A DNA stretch of 64,000 nucleotides from the IMG/VR virus record IMGVR_UViG_3300037047_000246; one strand, written 5' to 3'. Shown here one piece after another: positions 46,852 through 55,220 of the stretch. Position numbers and translations under genes: made by a program. The DNA is from a virus. Lineage: Duplodnaviria; Caudoviricetes. Below the pieces are notes generated by a model. The model searched no databases and had not been told where the DNA came from. It saw nothing but the letters and a program-made list of their open reading frames with translations. Position 1 is the first letter of the stretch; each line of letters begins with the position of its first letter.

Positions 46852-46866
46852 TTCGTGAGACTGCCT

Positions 46867-47052
46867 TTATGCGATTTGCCATCCGCCTGGCCGCACCTCA
46901 ATCCTGAACGATGCGCCAGGCTGCTGCATCTCTGCCGGGATTTTGGCGGTTTCAATCCACGCCGTGGCCTCTTCGCCCTCTGAGGACCAGGTGCGAACAC
47001 GCGCAAGATCGCCTTCTATTGCTTCCACAAAACAGTCGAACCACTCAATCAT
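46867..47052 (-). CDS. hypothetical protein
   Basis: MIEWFDCFVEAIEG... Confidence 0.55.
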   Translation of the reverse strand: MIEWFDCFVEAIEGDLARVRTWSSEGEEATAWIETAKIPAEMQQPGASFRIEVRPGGWQIA

Positions 47053-47081
47053 GGGAGGGATTACAACGAGGTGACCACAGG

Positions 47082-47375
47082 TCAACCCGCACAATATTCG
47101 CGCACGACGCGGAACTTGTCGATGACCTGCTGGCGAGCCTCGGCCGCGACGTCATCGGGCAGGGGGACCGAATCGACCTCCACGGTCGAATCGCGCGAGC
47201 TGAGCCGCGCGTAATACATCGCGCGACTGTCAAGCTTGAACTTATGGCGCAGGGTCGCGCGGGACACGACCCAATAGGCGTCGAGTACGATCTGGAAGTC
47301 CAATACACAGAAGCTCCAGACCTCCTGGCGCAAGGGACCGGAGCTGCGGATGACGATCGGGTGATAGTGCATCAA
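47082..47375 (-). CDS. hypothetical protein
   Basis: 97-aa ORF. Confidence 0.65.
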   Translation of the reverse strand: MMHYHPIVIRSSGPLRQEVWSFCVLDFQIVLDAYWVVSRATLRHKFKLDSRAMYYARLSSRDSTVEVDSVPLPDDVAAEARQQVIDKFRVVREYCAG

Positions 47376-47455
47376 TCCTCGTTCACGGCTAACTGACTGG
47401 TCTGCGTGATTGTCACGCCAAACGCGTAGACTCCTCCTTCAGCGGCCTACCTTAC

Positions 47456-47788
47456 TCACGCTTCCATCGTTTCCCGCACGTGCTCCAATCGCAGTGTGCT
47501 GATCAAGCGCTGCAAATACATGCACTGCATTTGCCCGGCTCCGCCCTCCAGCAAGATGTCCTTCCACGAGCTTCTGCCAAACAGCCACGGCTTGGACATC
47601 GGATTTATGCGGACAGCCAAAATTTGGCCGCAGCGAGAACACTGAGCTGCCATGGACTCGTGCGTTATGGCTGTGAACATGCAGTCATGGCCATACTCGG
47701 CCATGACGCTTCTGATAGTATGCTCCAGGCGCATTTGATTGGAAATGTTGCGCATTATCTTCTGTGCAAATTTGATGGTGGGTATCAT
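47456..47788 (-). CDS. hypothetical protein (tag VRETMEA)
   Basis: 110 aa; H-x-C...CSRCG. Confidence 0.7.
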   Translation of the reverse strand: MIPTIKFAQKIMRNISNQMRLEHTIRSVMAEYGHDCMFTAITHESMAAQCSRCGQILAVRINPMSKPWLFGRSSWKDILLEGGAGQMQCMYLQRLISTLRLEHVRETMEA

Positions 47789-47947
47789 CTAATCACCGCG
47801 CATGTGTTTCTCGAACAAGGCCCTCAGCAAGTCAAACCATGTCCAGTCCCCAGTCACCATGGCTTCTCGCATAGCCAACTCAAGCTTCTCCACGAAAGAC
47901 CTTCCAACGTCGCAACACGTCATGCCTCTATTGCAACCGCACCCCAT
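47789..47947 (-). CDS. 52-aa hypothetical protein (MGCGCNRG...)
   Basis: TGTATA box 8 nt upstream; TAG abuts the next ATG. Confidence 0.55.
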   Translation of the reverse strand: MGCGCNRGMTCCDVGRSFVEKLELAMREAMVTGDWTWFDLLRALFEKHMRGD

Positions 47948-47978
47948 GACTACACTATACAATAGGCCGGCAGTTCAG

Positions 47979-48049
47979 CTGGGGCGGAGGGAATCGAACC
48001 CCCGTCTTGAGAGCCAAAATCTCAGGTCCTTCCGCTGAACGACACCCCA
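47979..48049 (-). tRNA. tRNA-Gln (TTG)
   Basis: U1:A72 and G73 Gln identity, anticodon arm TGAGA-TTTTGGC-TCTCA, T loop TTCGATT; no CCA. Confidence 0.92.
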
Positions 48050-48311
48050 AACTTGCTCGACAAACTATACGCCTCTGGCCAGTTCCTTTCCGCTCATGAA
48101 GGTTGGACTGCGTTCGAACATCAAGTTCTAACATTGAACGGGTGAATCATCCAAACTTTCATTGCAGTTTACCAGTTCACTGAACGCACTGTCATCCCAG
48201 TGCCGGTGTAAAATTGCATATGGATTTCACCGCAATCCAAACTGTCTTAAATGTTGCCAAATCTTGCGGCAGAGACGCAACGGCCCCTAACCGTCCGGCA
48301 TCAGACTGACT

Positions 48312-48713
48312 ATGGTGGTCGCCATGGATACCCATACCGAGACAAAAACTCAATCGAAAACGAAATTTGCACATCAGGTCATCAAGCTTGACGAAGCCGT
48401 CAAGCTTGATGACCGTCTTCTTCTGGGCTACGCCTCCAGCTCTATGAGGCTGCTCATTTTCATGGAACACTGCGGCCCAAGCCATCCGTGCACGATGAAT
48501 GAGTCCAAATTGTTTCGCCGATACAGTGCCGCAGTGGCGATGCGACATGATGCACTGAATGTGCGACAAAACCGTTCAGTGGTGGCTGTATGTATCGCCA
48601 ATAGGCTTGTGCACATTGCCGCAGATGTGGTCCACACTTTCGACCTTGAACCTGAATTTGAGGCAGAGATACTGACAAAATTCGCCTCCCAGGTTCGAGC
48701 TCGCTTCTACTGA
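48312..48713 (+). CDS. hypothetical protein
   Basis: 133-aa ORF. Confidence 0.6.
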   Translation: MVVAMDTHTETKTQSKTKFAHQVIKLDEAVKLDDRLLLGYASSSMRLLIFMEHCGPSHPCTMNESKLFRRYSAAVAMRHDALNVRQNRSVVAVCIANRLVHIAADVVHTFDLEPEFEAEILTKFASQVRARFY

Positions 48714-48767
48714 CCCGGCAGACCTGACCTCGGCACTATCGAATTTTTGTCGATCGATTGTGCTGCC

Positions 48768-49052
48768 ATGGATTCAACATCGCCCGCCTGCACATGCGAT
48801 TTTCACAGTGCTGTCATGAAGCGCATGAAAGCACTGGAAGATTCAGCCAGACTCACCACCGACCTGAAAGAAACGCTGCGACACTTGTCCGACAACGTAG
48901 CTGCGCTGCATCAAGCAGTGGTCGAAGTTTCGACAAGACGCAACGAAGCGATGCCGTGGTCTGTCAGGTGGGCTATATGGACGCCGTCAGTTTTGGTCAC
49001 GATCGCTTCGTGTGTGTGGCTGGCAGGGCATCTGGCGCAAATGGCAAAGTAG
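48768..49052 (+). CDS. coiled-coil protein with C-terminal TM helix
   Basis: WAIWTPSVLVTIASCVWLAG. Confidence 0.65.
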   Translation: MDSTSPACTCDFHSAVMKRMKALEDSARLTTDLKETLRHLSDNVAALHQAVVEVSTRRNEAMPWSVRWAIWTPSVLVTIASCVWLAGHLAQMAK

Positions 49053-49075
49053 CGAACGAGCTGCAACGGTCGCGA

Positions 49076-49393
49076 TCAAGCTTGCCCTGCGCCCTTGCGA
49101 CCGAACGTGCGCTCCCACCCGCTCCTGTACTCTCGGGTAGAGACTTTGCTCGGGCCTTTGGCTGCACTGCCGTCGTACAGAGTTTCCACCTTATACCTGG
49201 AGCCGTCCAATGGCGTCAGTGCAACAACTTCGCAACCGTTGCACGCTTGGCCGTCTTTTGCTGATCGCATGAAGCCGCCCAGCAACCTATGGTCGGCCGT
49301 GTGCCGCACAAACGGTCTCGTCCCGTCGCCCATTTCGGGTCCTACCACCAGTTCGTCCGCACAGGCGCACTTCGGATCTTTGTCTTCGCTCAT
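49076..49393 (-). CDS. hypothetical protein
   Basis: ATGA-coupled start. Confidence 0.7.
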   Translation of the reverse strand: MSEDKDPKCACADELVVGPEMGDGTRPFVRHTADHRLLGGFMRSAKDGQACNGCEVVALTPLDGSRYKVETLYDGSAAKGPSKVSTREYRSGWERTFGRKGAGQA

Positions 49394-49764
49394 TTGTCCA
49401 CCCGAATGAAGCCCATCAGTTTGCCGGTTTTGTCGTCGAACTGAGCGGCTACATGCCCCCACCCTGGCTTCGCAGAGCCATCAGGCTGCGTGCCAAACAT
49501 TCCGTTCACGATCCCTAGCAGCCCGACCGTCGGATGGCCGTCGTCGTTTTCTCTGACCTGAACGGTTGGGTGGCTTAGCATTGCCTGGTTGCACCGCACC
49601 CGAGTTTCAACAAGCAGCTCCACAGCTTGCCTGTCAAGGCAAACAAGCTCGTTGAGAAATGAAACCACCTGGTCCAAATTGGCTGTGTCGAGGCATCCAA
49701 CCGGCATCCTAGATCTCCTACTCCTGAGTTTATTCAGAAGTTCGTCCCTTGTCCCGCGATTCAT
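49390..49764 (-). CDS. hypothetical protein
   Basis: 124-aa ORF. Confidence 0.7.
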   Translation of the reverse strand: MNRGTRDELLNKLRSRRSRMPVGCLDTANLDQVVSFLNELVCLDRQAVELLVETRVRCNQAMLSHPTVQVRENDDGHPTVGLLGIVNGMFGTQPDGSAKPGWGHVAAQFDDKTGKLMGFIRVDK

Positions 49765-49811
49765 GCAAACTGCGGCTTATCAAGATTACACCATCAGGCA
49801 TCGGATTTACG

Positions 49812-50234
49812 TCATGCGCTCATGACTTCCTGCACAGCCAGCAGCTGCTCAGCTTCGTCCAGCTGCTTATCCCACTCGCATTGCTGACTTCGCCATAGAT
49901 GCCAGATTGTCCTGAACTCGTATGTATTGGCGAGCTTCCTGTTGGACAGCGCGCTGCGGTCCATGCGCAGAAGCGTCCTGCAAAAGTATTCGGCAGCGTC
50001 CCTGATGACAGCTTTGCGCTGATATTCGTTCAACCCGGCAGCAGTGGAGAAGACCGCAGATTCAAAGCCTTTCCAGACGAACTTGAAGCCGACTCGCCTG
50101 AAGTCGGACAGAATCGGCACGAGCGCCATCTCGCTCAGATTGGGCACAACCTGCTGCCTGCCTGCCGCGTCGACGACGCGCGTCGGGGTGGGCATCCGCT
50201 GCCTGCGGCCGTCTCTAGTCACCGCCCTTGGCAT
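49812..50234 (-). CDS. hypothetical protein (tag VQEVMSA)
   Basis: TGTAAA box 7 nt upstream of ATG. Confidence 0.7.
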   Translation of the reverse strand: MPRAVTRDGRRQRMPTPTRVVDAAGRQQVVPNLSEMALVPILSDFRRVGFKFVWKGFESAVFSTAAGLNEYQRKAVIRDAAEYFCRTLLRMDRSALSNRKLANTYEFRTIWHLWRSQQCEWDKQLDEAEQLLAVQEVMSA

Positions 50235-50241
50235 GATCGTG

Positions 50242-50247
50242 TTTACA
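50242..50247 (-). promoter_or_regulatory. YGTA(A/T)N promoter box
   Basis: TGTAAA, 7 nt before ATG 50234. Confidence 0.55.
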
Positions 50248-50399
50248 CGAAAATGCGCTTAATCTTCGCGCGTCGTCTGCTCCGGTGTCTGATGCCTGGC
50301 GTCGCAATGCTGCATGGGCGGCATTGCTTCTTCACAGCTTTGTCTGACACGTTGAGTGATACAGCTCTCCTCGGCATAGCCCTGTAAGCATTGTTGGAG

Positions 50400-50918
50400 A
50401 TGCACCGGTTTCGTATTGTACTGTGTCGCATGATTTCGATCATGGTCGACAGGCTGTCGCCCGGGGGCCTTCCTCACTATTGGTTACCGGACCCGTGGCC
50501 ACACCGGGTGTTGTTCGTGGATTCTACGGGCCAGAACATACTTCAACTCAAGGGCGATTCCAAGAAGGTGTGCCTGCCCGAGTTTGAGCTGTGCTCCGCG
50601 GTCGTTGCCAGGTCGCAGGAAGCCATGAGGCTGGTGCGGATTAAGGTGCTGAGGTTCATGGCCGAGTTCTGTTTAGCCGCCGAGATCCAGGATGGCCTCG
50701 TGCTCATGCCTATGCGCAACGAGATGGTGCTCGGAGTCGACGGCGGATATCTGGGATCGATCACTCTCAGCCTAATGGTCACCAGCCCGTTCGAGGCCGA
50801 GGCCGAGGCCGAGGCCGGCCACGAGTATGACTGGATCCCGCGGGAGATCGCCGACATGCCGGCATTCGCCAGCGATATGGAAAACTACCTGACGGTCATG
50901 GGAGTGATGTTGGAATGA
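50400..50918 (+). CDS. hypothetical protein (tag VMGVMLE)
   Basis: TGTAAG box and GGAG SD upstream. Confidence 0.7.
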   Translation: MHRFRIVLCRMISIMVDRLSPGGLPHYWLPDPWPHRVLFVDSTGQNILQLKGDSKKVCLPEFELCSAVVARSQEAMRLVRIKVLRFMAEFCLAAEIQDGLVLMPMRNEMVLGVDGGYLGSITLSLMVTSPFEAEAEAEAGHEYDWIPREIADMPAFASDMENYLTVMGVMLE

Positions 50919-51103
50919 AGAGAGCTGCGAGGAAAAACAAAGTCGAGCTGTGGTGTCGTGTGGGTCCGGTCTGGGACGGCGACGTCAACAAGCTGGCCAA
51001 GAGCAATGTGGTCCCGGACGGCTACGAGTTGGCCGAAGTCAAACGCGCTGGATGTAAATTCACATTCGTGTACCTCAAGAGCATCCCGCGAAATCCGAAG
51101 TAG
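50915..51103 (+). CDS. small basic hypothetical protein
   Basis: ATGA coupling. Confidence 0.6.
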   Translation: MKRAARKNKVELWCRVGPVWDGDVNKLAKSNVVPDGYELAEVKRAGCKFTFVYLKSIPRNPK

Positions 51104-51127
51104 CAGTTGGTCGTCCGCGAATCGAAG

Positions 51128-51213
51128 TGCCACCGGAGGGGGTTGAACCCTAGTACTCGCTAAGGAGCCGGCGGTTCTGAGCCGCCGACATATGACAATT
51201 CCATCACGGTGGC
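51128..51213 (-). tRNA. tRNA-Leu (CAG), long variable arm, possibly degenerate
   Basis: Acceptor GCCACCG/CGGTGGC + A73, anticodon arm GGCGG-CTCAGAA-CCGCC, TTCAACC loop; D-loop GG reads GT and the D stem is weak. Confidence 0.8.
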
Positions 51214-51234
51214 GTTTTTGTATTTTTGCAAATC

Positions 51235-51786
51235 ATGAAGCAAAAACTGCTGCTTGACATTGACGGCGTCCTGACTGACTTCCACTCCGCTGTGGCTAAA
51301 ATAGCTACAATGGGCGGGTTCCCAGTTACGTCTGCTGAAATGTGCGAGTGGGAGATAGGAACTTCGTTGCGCCGAATCGGTGCACCGGAGAATATTGTAG
51401 ATCTGTGTCTCAACGCCATGGCGTTTTCCGGGTTTAACGCTTCGCTCGAGCCATGCGTATCGGCGCTCAAATGGCTGCCTGATGTCCGGCGCGCAGCCGA
51501 TGTGATGTTCGTCACTTCACCAAACTCCAAATGCTCAACTTGGATCTCGGAGCGCGTGGCCTGGATGCGCAAATACTTTGACGTGGAGCCTCAAGACATC
51601 CGGTTCGCCAGCGACAAGTCAACTATAAACGGAGACTTGTTCGTCGACGATTGTCCTGAGAACGTCGCCGCTTGGCAGTTGGCGCATCCTAGCAGGTCAG
51701 CACTGTTGTGGGGCAGACCGTACAATAAGTCGCCAGGTCTTCCGAAAGTCTGCTCGTGGGAGGATTTACTGTCGAAGTTGACCTAA
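51235..51786 (+). CDS. 5'(3')-deoxyribonucleotidase (NT5C-like HAD phosphatase)
   Basis: LLLDIDGVLTDF motif I, FVTSP, K, LFVDD. Confidence 0.88.
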   Translation: MKQKLLLDIDGVLTDFHSAVAKIATMGGFPVTSAEMCEWEIGTSLRRIGAPENIVDLCLNAMAFSGFNASLEPCVSALKWLPDVRRAADVMFVTSPNSKCSTWISERVAWMRKYFDVEPQDIRFASDKSTINGDLFVDDCPENVAAWQLAHPSRSALLWGRPYNKSPGLPKVCSWEDLLSKLT

Positions 51787-51841
51787 GATCAGACTAGTGA
51801 CTTAGGTAGTGTGGCTCCAACTGCATCGAACGCGGCTCTTT

Positions 51842-52267
51842 TCAGTCCAAAAATTCAGGATCCCACTCGAGCATAGACCGAAGTCTTTCAACAGATACTT
51901 CGCTGCCGCTCCACCATTCAACATCCCAGTCAGGCCCAGGATCTGTGACCAACGACACAGTGATATTTTGAATTTGGTCAAGCACTTCCTGCTCGGACAA
52001 CTGAGGATACTGCGGCCAGTCGCTTCGCATTCTCTCGACGGCAGCGACGCTGAACGGGATCAGCACGTATTTCCCGTTCGTCATCCGAATCAAGTATCGA
52101 TCTGGGCGCGTGACCTTAAGACTACCCCTACCTCTGCAACGCGGACAATCGTACAAGCCTGGGCCGAATCCAGTCCCTCGGCACGATTTGCACTGATCTG
52201 GATCTGATGATGGAACAGCTGCCACCCTGGCAGCAATGCGTATAATTTTGTCCATGATTTTGTCCAT
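51842..52267 (-). CDS. protein with N-terminal RIAARVA motif and DnaJ-type zinc finger
   Basis: CKSCRGTG...CPRCRGRG; start region has a 12-bp tandem duplication (MDKIMDKI). Confidence 0.7.
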   Translation of the reverse strand: MDKIMDKIIRIAARVAAVPSSDPDQCKSCRGTGFGPGLYDCPRCRGRGSLKVTRPDRYLIRMTNGKYVLIPFSVAAVERMRSDWPQYPQLSEQEVLDQIQNITVSLVTDPGPDWDVEWWSGSEVSVERLRSMLEWDPEFLD

Positions 52268-52275
52268 GTTGCTAA

Positions 52276-52767
52276 GTGACAAAAAAAAAAATCCATACCG
52301 CCGCCGACTGGGTCGTAAATGCGATGCCTGCGCAAGTAGCCAAACCCATGGGTCCGAGACCTTCCACTCGCTTTGGGCGTTCAAGCAAACAACGCGGCAA
52401 GTCTTGCACGCCAGAGTGGTCCAAAGAAGGGTGCAAGATATTCGCCACTGTAGAAGGGATGCTGCGAGCCATAATCGGATACATACATGGCACCGGACGC
52501 ACGCTGGTGCCGCACGAGTTCGACGTGAAATGTGTCGCGTATTCTGGATTTCGAGACCCGGTCAACAACCGCAGGTGGGCCGTCAGCTCCTGGAGTGTTA
52601 AACCAGTGTTCAGCCGTCCGGAATGCGACGAGCTGCCGGACGAGTCGGACCTTGGCTTCATTCATTTTGCGATGTGCACCATGGCGGGCAAGAGACGCTT
52701 GATCCAGCTTGCTGCGGGCAAGGAACTCGACGGCCTGCTAGCCATGCGCAAAGTGATGGCCGAATGA
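52276..52767 (+). CDS. hypothetical protein (tag MRKVMAE), A11 tract in codons 2-6
   Basis: GTG ACA AAA AAA AAA ATC. Confidence 0.7.
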   Translation: MTKKKIHTAADWVVNAMPAQVAKPMGPRPSTRFGRSSKQRGKSCTPEWSKEGCKIFATVEGMLRAIIGYIHGTGRTLVPHEFDVKCVAYSGFRDPVNNRRWAVSSWSVKPVFSRPECDELPDESDLGFIHFAMCTMAGKRRLIQLAAGKELDGLLAMRKVMAE

Positions 52768-53003
52768 GCATGACCTGGATGCTGCGGCACGATCCGCCAC
52801 CTCACATCAAACACGAGGTCGGCATGGAGGCGCTTGCCCGCATAAGCGAATTCTGCCAGGCTTCAGATAAACGCGCAATGCGGGCAAAGGAGCAGGCGTT
52901 TCTGCGCGCGCTCAGCGACTGGGCGTTCTACGCTTTGGCGCGCAACAAATCTCAAGCCGCTCAGCATTCCAAAGAAATGCTGAGACTCTCTTCCGGGAAA
53001 TGA
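52764..53003 (+). CDS. hypothetical protein
   Basis: ATGA coupling. Confidence 0.65.
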   Translation: MSMTWMLRHDPPPHIKHEVGMEALARISEFCQASDKRAMRAKEQAFLRALSDWAFYALARNKSQAAQHSKEMLRLSSGK

Positions 53004-53019
53004 CGCCTGAGACCTTTAT

Positions 53020-53364
53020 TCAACGCGCATCGAACCACACATACTCGTAATCGAACGTGATTTCGTCGCCGGCCCGAATAGGCCGCAAAGCTTCAAGAAA
53101 CACGGTGTGCGTGCTGTAGTCGCGCATCAGATCGCAGTTTGGGCTGTCCGAATGATTGGCAAACGAAATGGGGCCGAATGCGACCGCCGCGTGCTCGTCG
53201 TCCCACCAAAACATGTAGTCGCCGATTGGCGTTTGCTCCACTATTTTTTCTTGGTCATTGGTGACCACCAAGACGTGCGCCCGCTCAACCACTTCGCCAG
53301 CTGCGAAGTCCTTGTGCGCGAATAGTCCGCGCCTATCTATGGACGAATAACCGACCTGGTTCAT
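53020..53364 (-). CDS. SET-domain protein-lysine methyltransferase
   Basis: RGLFA...AGEVV, FANHSDSPNC, RPIRAGDEITFDY. Confidence 0.92.
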   Translation of the reverse strand: MNQVGYSSIDRRGLFAHKDFAAGEVVERAHVLVVTNDQEKIVEQTPIGDYMFWWDDEHAAVAFGPISFANHSDSPNCDLMRDYSTHTVFLEALRPIRAGDEITFDYEYVWFDAR

Positions 53365-53546
53365 TTGCAGCAGTTCCTGGAGCTCCAGTAGATCAGCTGG
53401 CGACTAACGCATTTGCAAGGCTTGCGCAGCTGCTGTTCGACGGCAGCTGCCGTCGCATGCCCCGCAGAAGCCGGAGCAAGTCCCTGGTCAGAAACTGGAA
53501 AAGGCAGCTCGAGCTGCACTGACTCTGGCGTCAATTTGTCGTCCAT
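53361..53546 (-). CDS. hypothetical protein
   Basis: CGTAAA box 7 nt upstream; ATGA coupling to the SET gene. Confidence 0.55.
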   Translation of the reverse strand: MDDKLTPESVQLELPFPVSDQGLAPASAGHATAAAVEQQLRKPCKCVSRQLIYWSSRNCCK

Positions 53547-53590
53547 GGCCCACTTTACGCGCCAAGCGCGTTCGTTTGCACGGATTGAAG

Positions 53591-53596
53591 TGTAAC
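53591..53596 (+). promoter_or_regulatory. YGTA(A/T)N promoter box (divergent partner CGTAAA at 53554-53559, minus)
   Basis: Both boxes lie 7 nt before their ATG. Confidence 0.55.
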
Positions 53597-53603
53597 TGAC
53601 AGC

Positions 53604-54038
53604 ATGAAGGCTGAAGAGATCATTGAAGAGGCGTTAACTGCTGCGCAGAACAGAGGCATCAAAATCGTCCGCGGCGCCATATTCGACTGGCGCGACAACG
53701 CAGACCCGAGTCGGAGAGGCAAAATGCCGTGTGCTTGCAACGCCGTCGGAGCCGTTCTGCTTCACTTTGGCATGCAAGACTTGGCGCGCGGAGGATTTAG
53801 CGAAGGATGGATAGAAAAACTTTGCGGATCTCTGGGGACAACTTGGCCCTGGCTTTGGAGGTTCATTCACGGCTGGGACTACGGAAGCTGTCTTACAGTT
53901 ACCTACATGGAAAAGGGCAAGGAGCGCACGGCACACGACGAGACTTCCAGGGATGCTAACCGCCTTGCGCTTGAGTGGGCGAGAAGGGCGAACGCGGCGC
54001 CGCTGCATGCAGCGGCGCCGGAAGACCAGGGAAGGTAG
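53604..54038 (+). CDS. hypothetical protein
   Basis: TGTAAC box 7 nt upstream. Confidence 0.7.
   Translation: MKAEEIIEEALTAAQNRGIKIVRGAIFDWRDNADPSRRGKMPCACNAVGAVLLHFGMQDLARGGFSEGWIEKLCGSLGTTWPWLWRFIHGWDYGSCLTVTYMEKGKERTAHDETSRDANRLALEWARRANAAPLHAAAPEDQGR
53995..54020. repeat. perfect 26-bp palindrome
   Basis: CGGCGCCGCTGCATGCAGCGGCGCCG, checked base by base. Confidence 0.95.
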
Positions 54039-54185
54039 TTTCCTGGCCTCCGCAATCAGACAGGGCGCACCAGGCCGCACCCTGTCGCCAAGCCTTAGGA
54101 AGACCCCTCCCTGTGTCAGGACGACCCCGGCTGCACCGCTACACAGGAGTGCACCAGTACGCAAGCTTTTGTTCCATGCATTTGC

Positions 54186-54611
54186 ATGAATCACCTAGCG
54201 GCGCGTCAGCGCGAATCTAACAAGCGTTGGGACTACACTTGCAAAAGAGACGGGATGGTGTGGCCGATCGGGTATTGCGCCGGATGGCGAGAGCCGCAGC
54301 CGGGGCTGCTGACTCCGGAGCAGGCCAGCCAGTGGTTGGCCCAATCACTGCCCCACAAAGACAAGTTCCATACGGACGGTCACGACACTGAAGCCGAAGC
54401 TTGCGAATGCTACAAAAGGTATTTGCTTGATTTCGACTTGAGACTCTGCGGGGAAGCCATCAACATGCAGCGAAAATGTGCCGTGTGCTCGACTTGGACG
54501 TCAAAATATGCTCAGCTAGGATACCAGACGTGGTTCTTGTGCGAGGAGCACAGAACCAGAGACCAGGTGGAGAAGCTTTGCACGTCGCCAGGACAGTGTT
54601 GGGAAGGATGA
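54186..54611 (+). CDS. Cys/His-rich hypothetical phage protein
   Basis: RWDYTC...WPIGYC...GHDTEAEACECY. Confidence 0.75.
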   Translation: MNHLAARQRESNKRWDYTCKRDGMVWPIGYCAGWREPQPGLLTPEQASQWLAQSLPHKDKFHTDGHDTEAEACECYKRYLLDFDLRLCGEAINMQRKCAVCSTWTSKYAQLGYQTWFLCEEHRTRDQVEKLCTSPGQCWEG

Positions 54612-54647
54612 CTTGTGAGGCCAGGTTTTTAATGATCGGCGGCTTGC

Positions 54648-55220
54648 ATGAGCACCCTGGAGCCTGCGAATGCTGCGTCGCTAGCGAAATTTGTCAGAAT
54701 AGCAGCGCGCATCGCCGGAGTGCGTGTAGCAACTGCTCCCCGCGGAGAGTCATTTGACCTGACCAGGCATGTGACGCAGTTCCAGGTTTCCCATTCTAAG
54801 CTTCCGGACGATCTCAAAACCGAGTTCGTCAACACCCTGGCCAAAAAAGAGCGCGTGCAGGAGCTGTTCGTGAAGTATGCTCGGTCGCTGCGGGACTCCG
54901 ATCTCAAACAGTTGGAGTACGCACAAAAAGGCTTGGTGCACTCGCTTCAGTCACTGATGCGCATAGCCGAAAACAACATGATCCGGTGGGTGCTGCGGTT
55001 CGACGCCGCACTGACTCGCATAGAGCGATTCGATCCTGCTCTGGTTTATGAATCCGACCTGTGGCACGTGGACATTTGGGTGCAGCATGTGCACGAGCTC
55101 GTCACAGCGCTGTTTCTGGCATGTGGCGGCAGAACCGGAGACGAAGTGCCGACTGAGCTGTGGCAGCCGGAGTGGGGCGACCAAGGCCCTGCCGAAGTGA
55201 CAGAGGCAGATTTCAGCTGA
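54648..55220 (+). CDS. hypothetical protein with N-terminal RIAARIA motif
   Basis: 190-aa ORF. Confidence 0.7.
   Translation: MSTLEPANAASLAKFVRIAARIAGVRVATAPRGESFDLTRHVTQFQVSHSKLPDDLKTEFVNTLAKKERVQELFVKYARSLRDSDLKQLEYAQKGLVHSLQSLMRIAENNMIRWVLRFDAALTRIERFDPALVYESDLWHVDIWVQHVHELVTALFLACGGRTGDEVPTELWQPEWGDQGPAEVTEADFS

Noticed and set aside
54004-54180. Second inversion bounded by TGCATG/CATGCA
   Set aside because: Flipping the segment in silico does not restore any longer or recognisable ORF.
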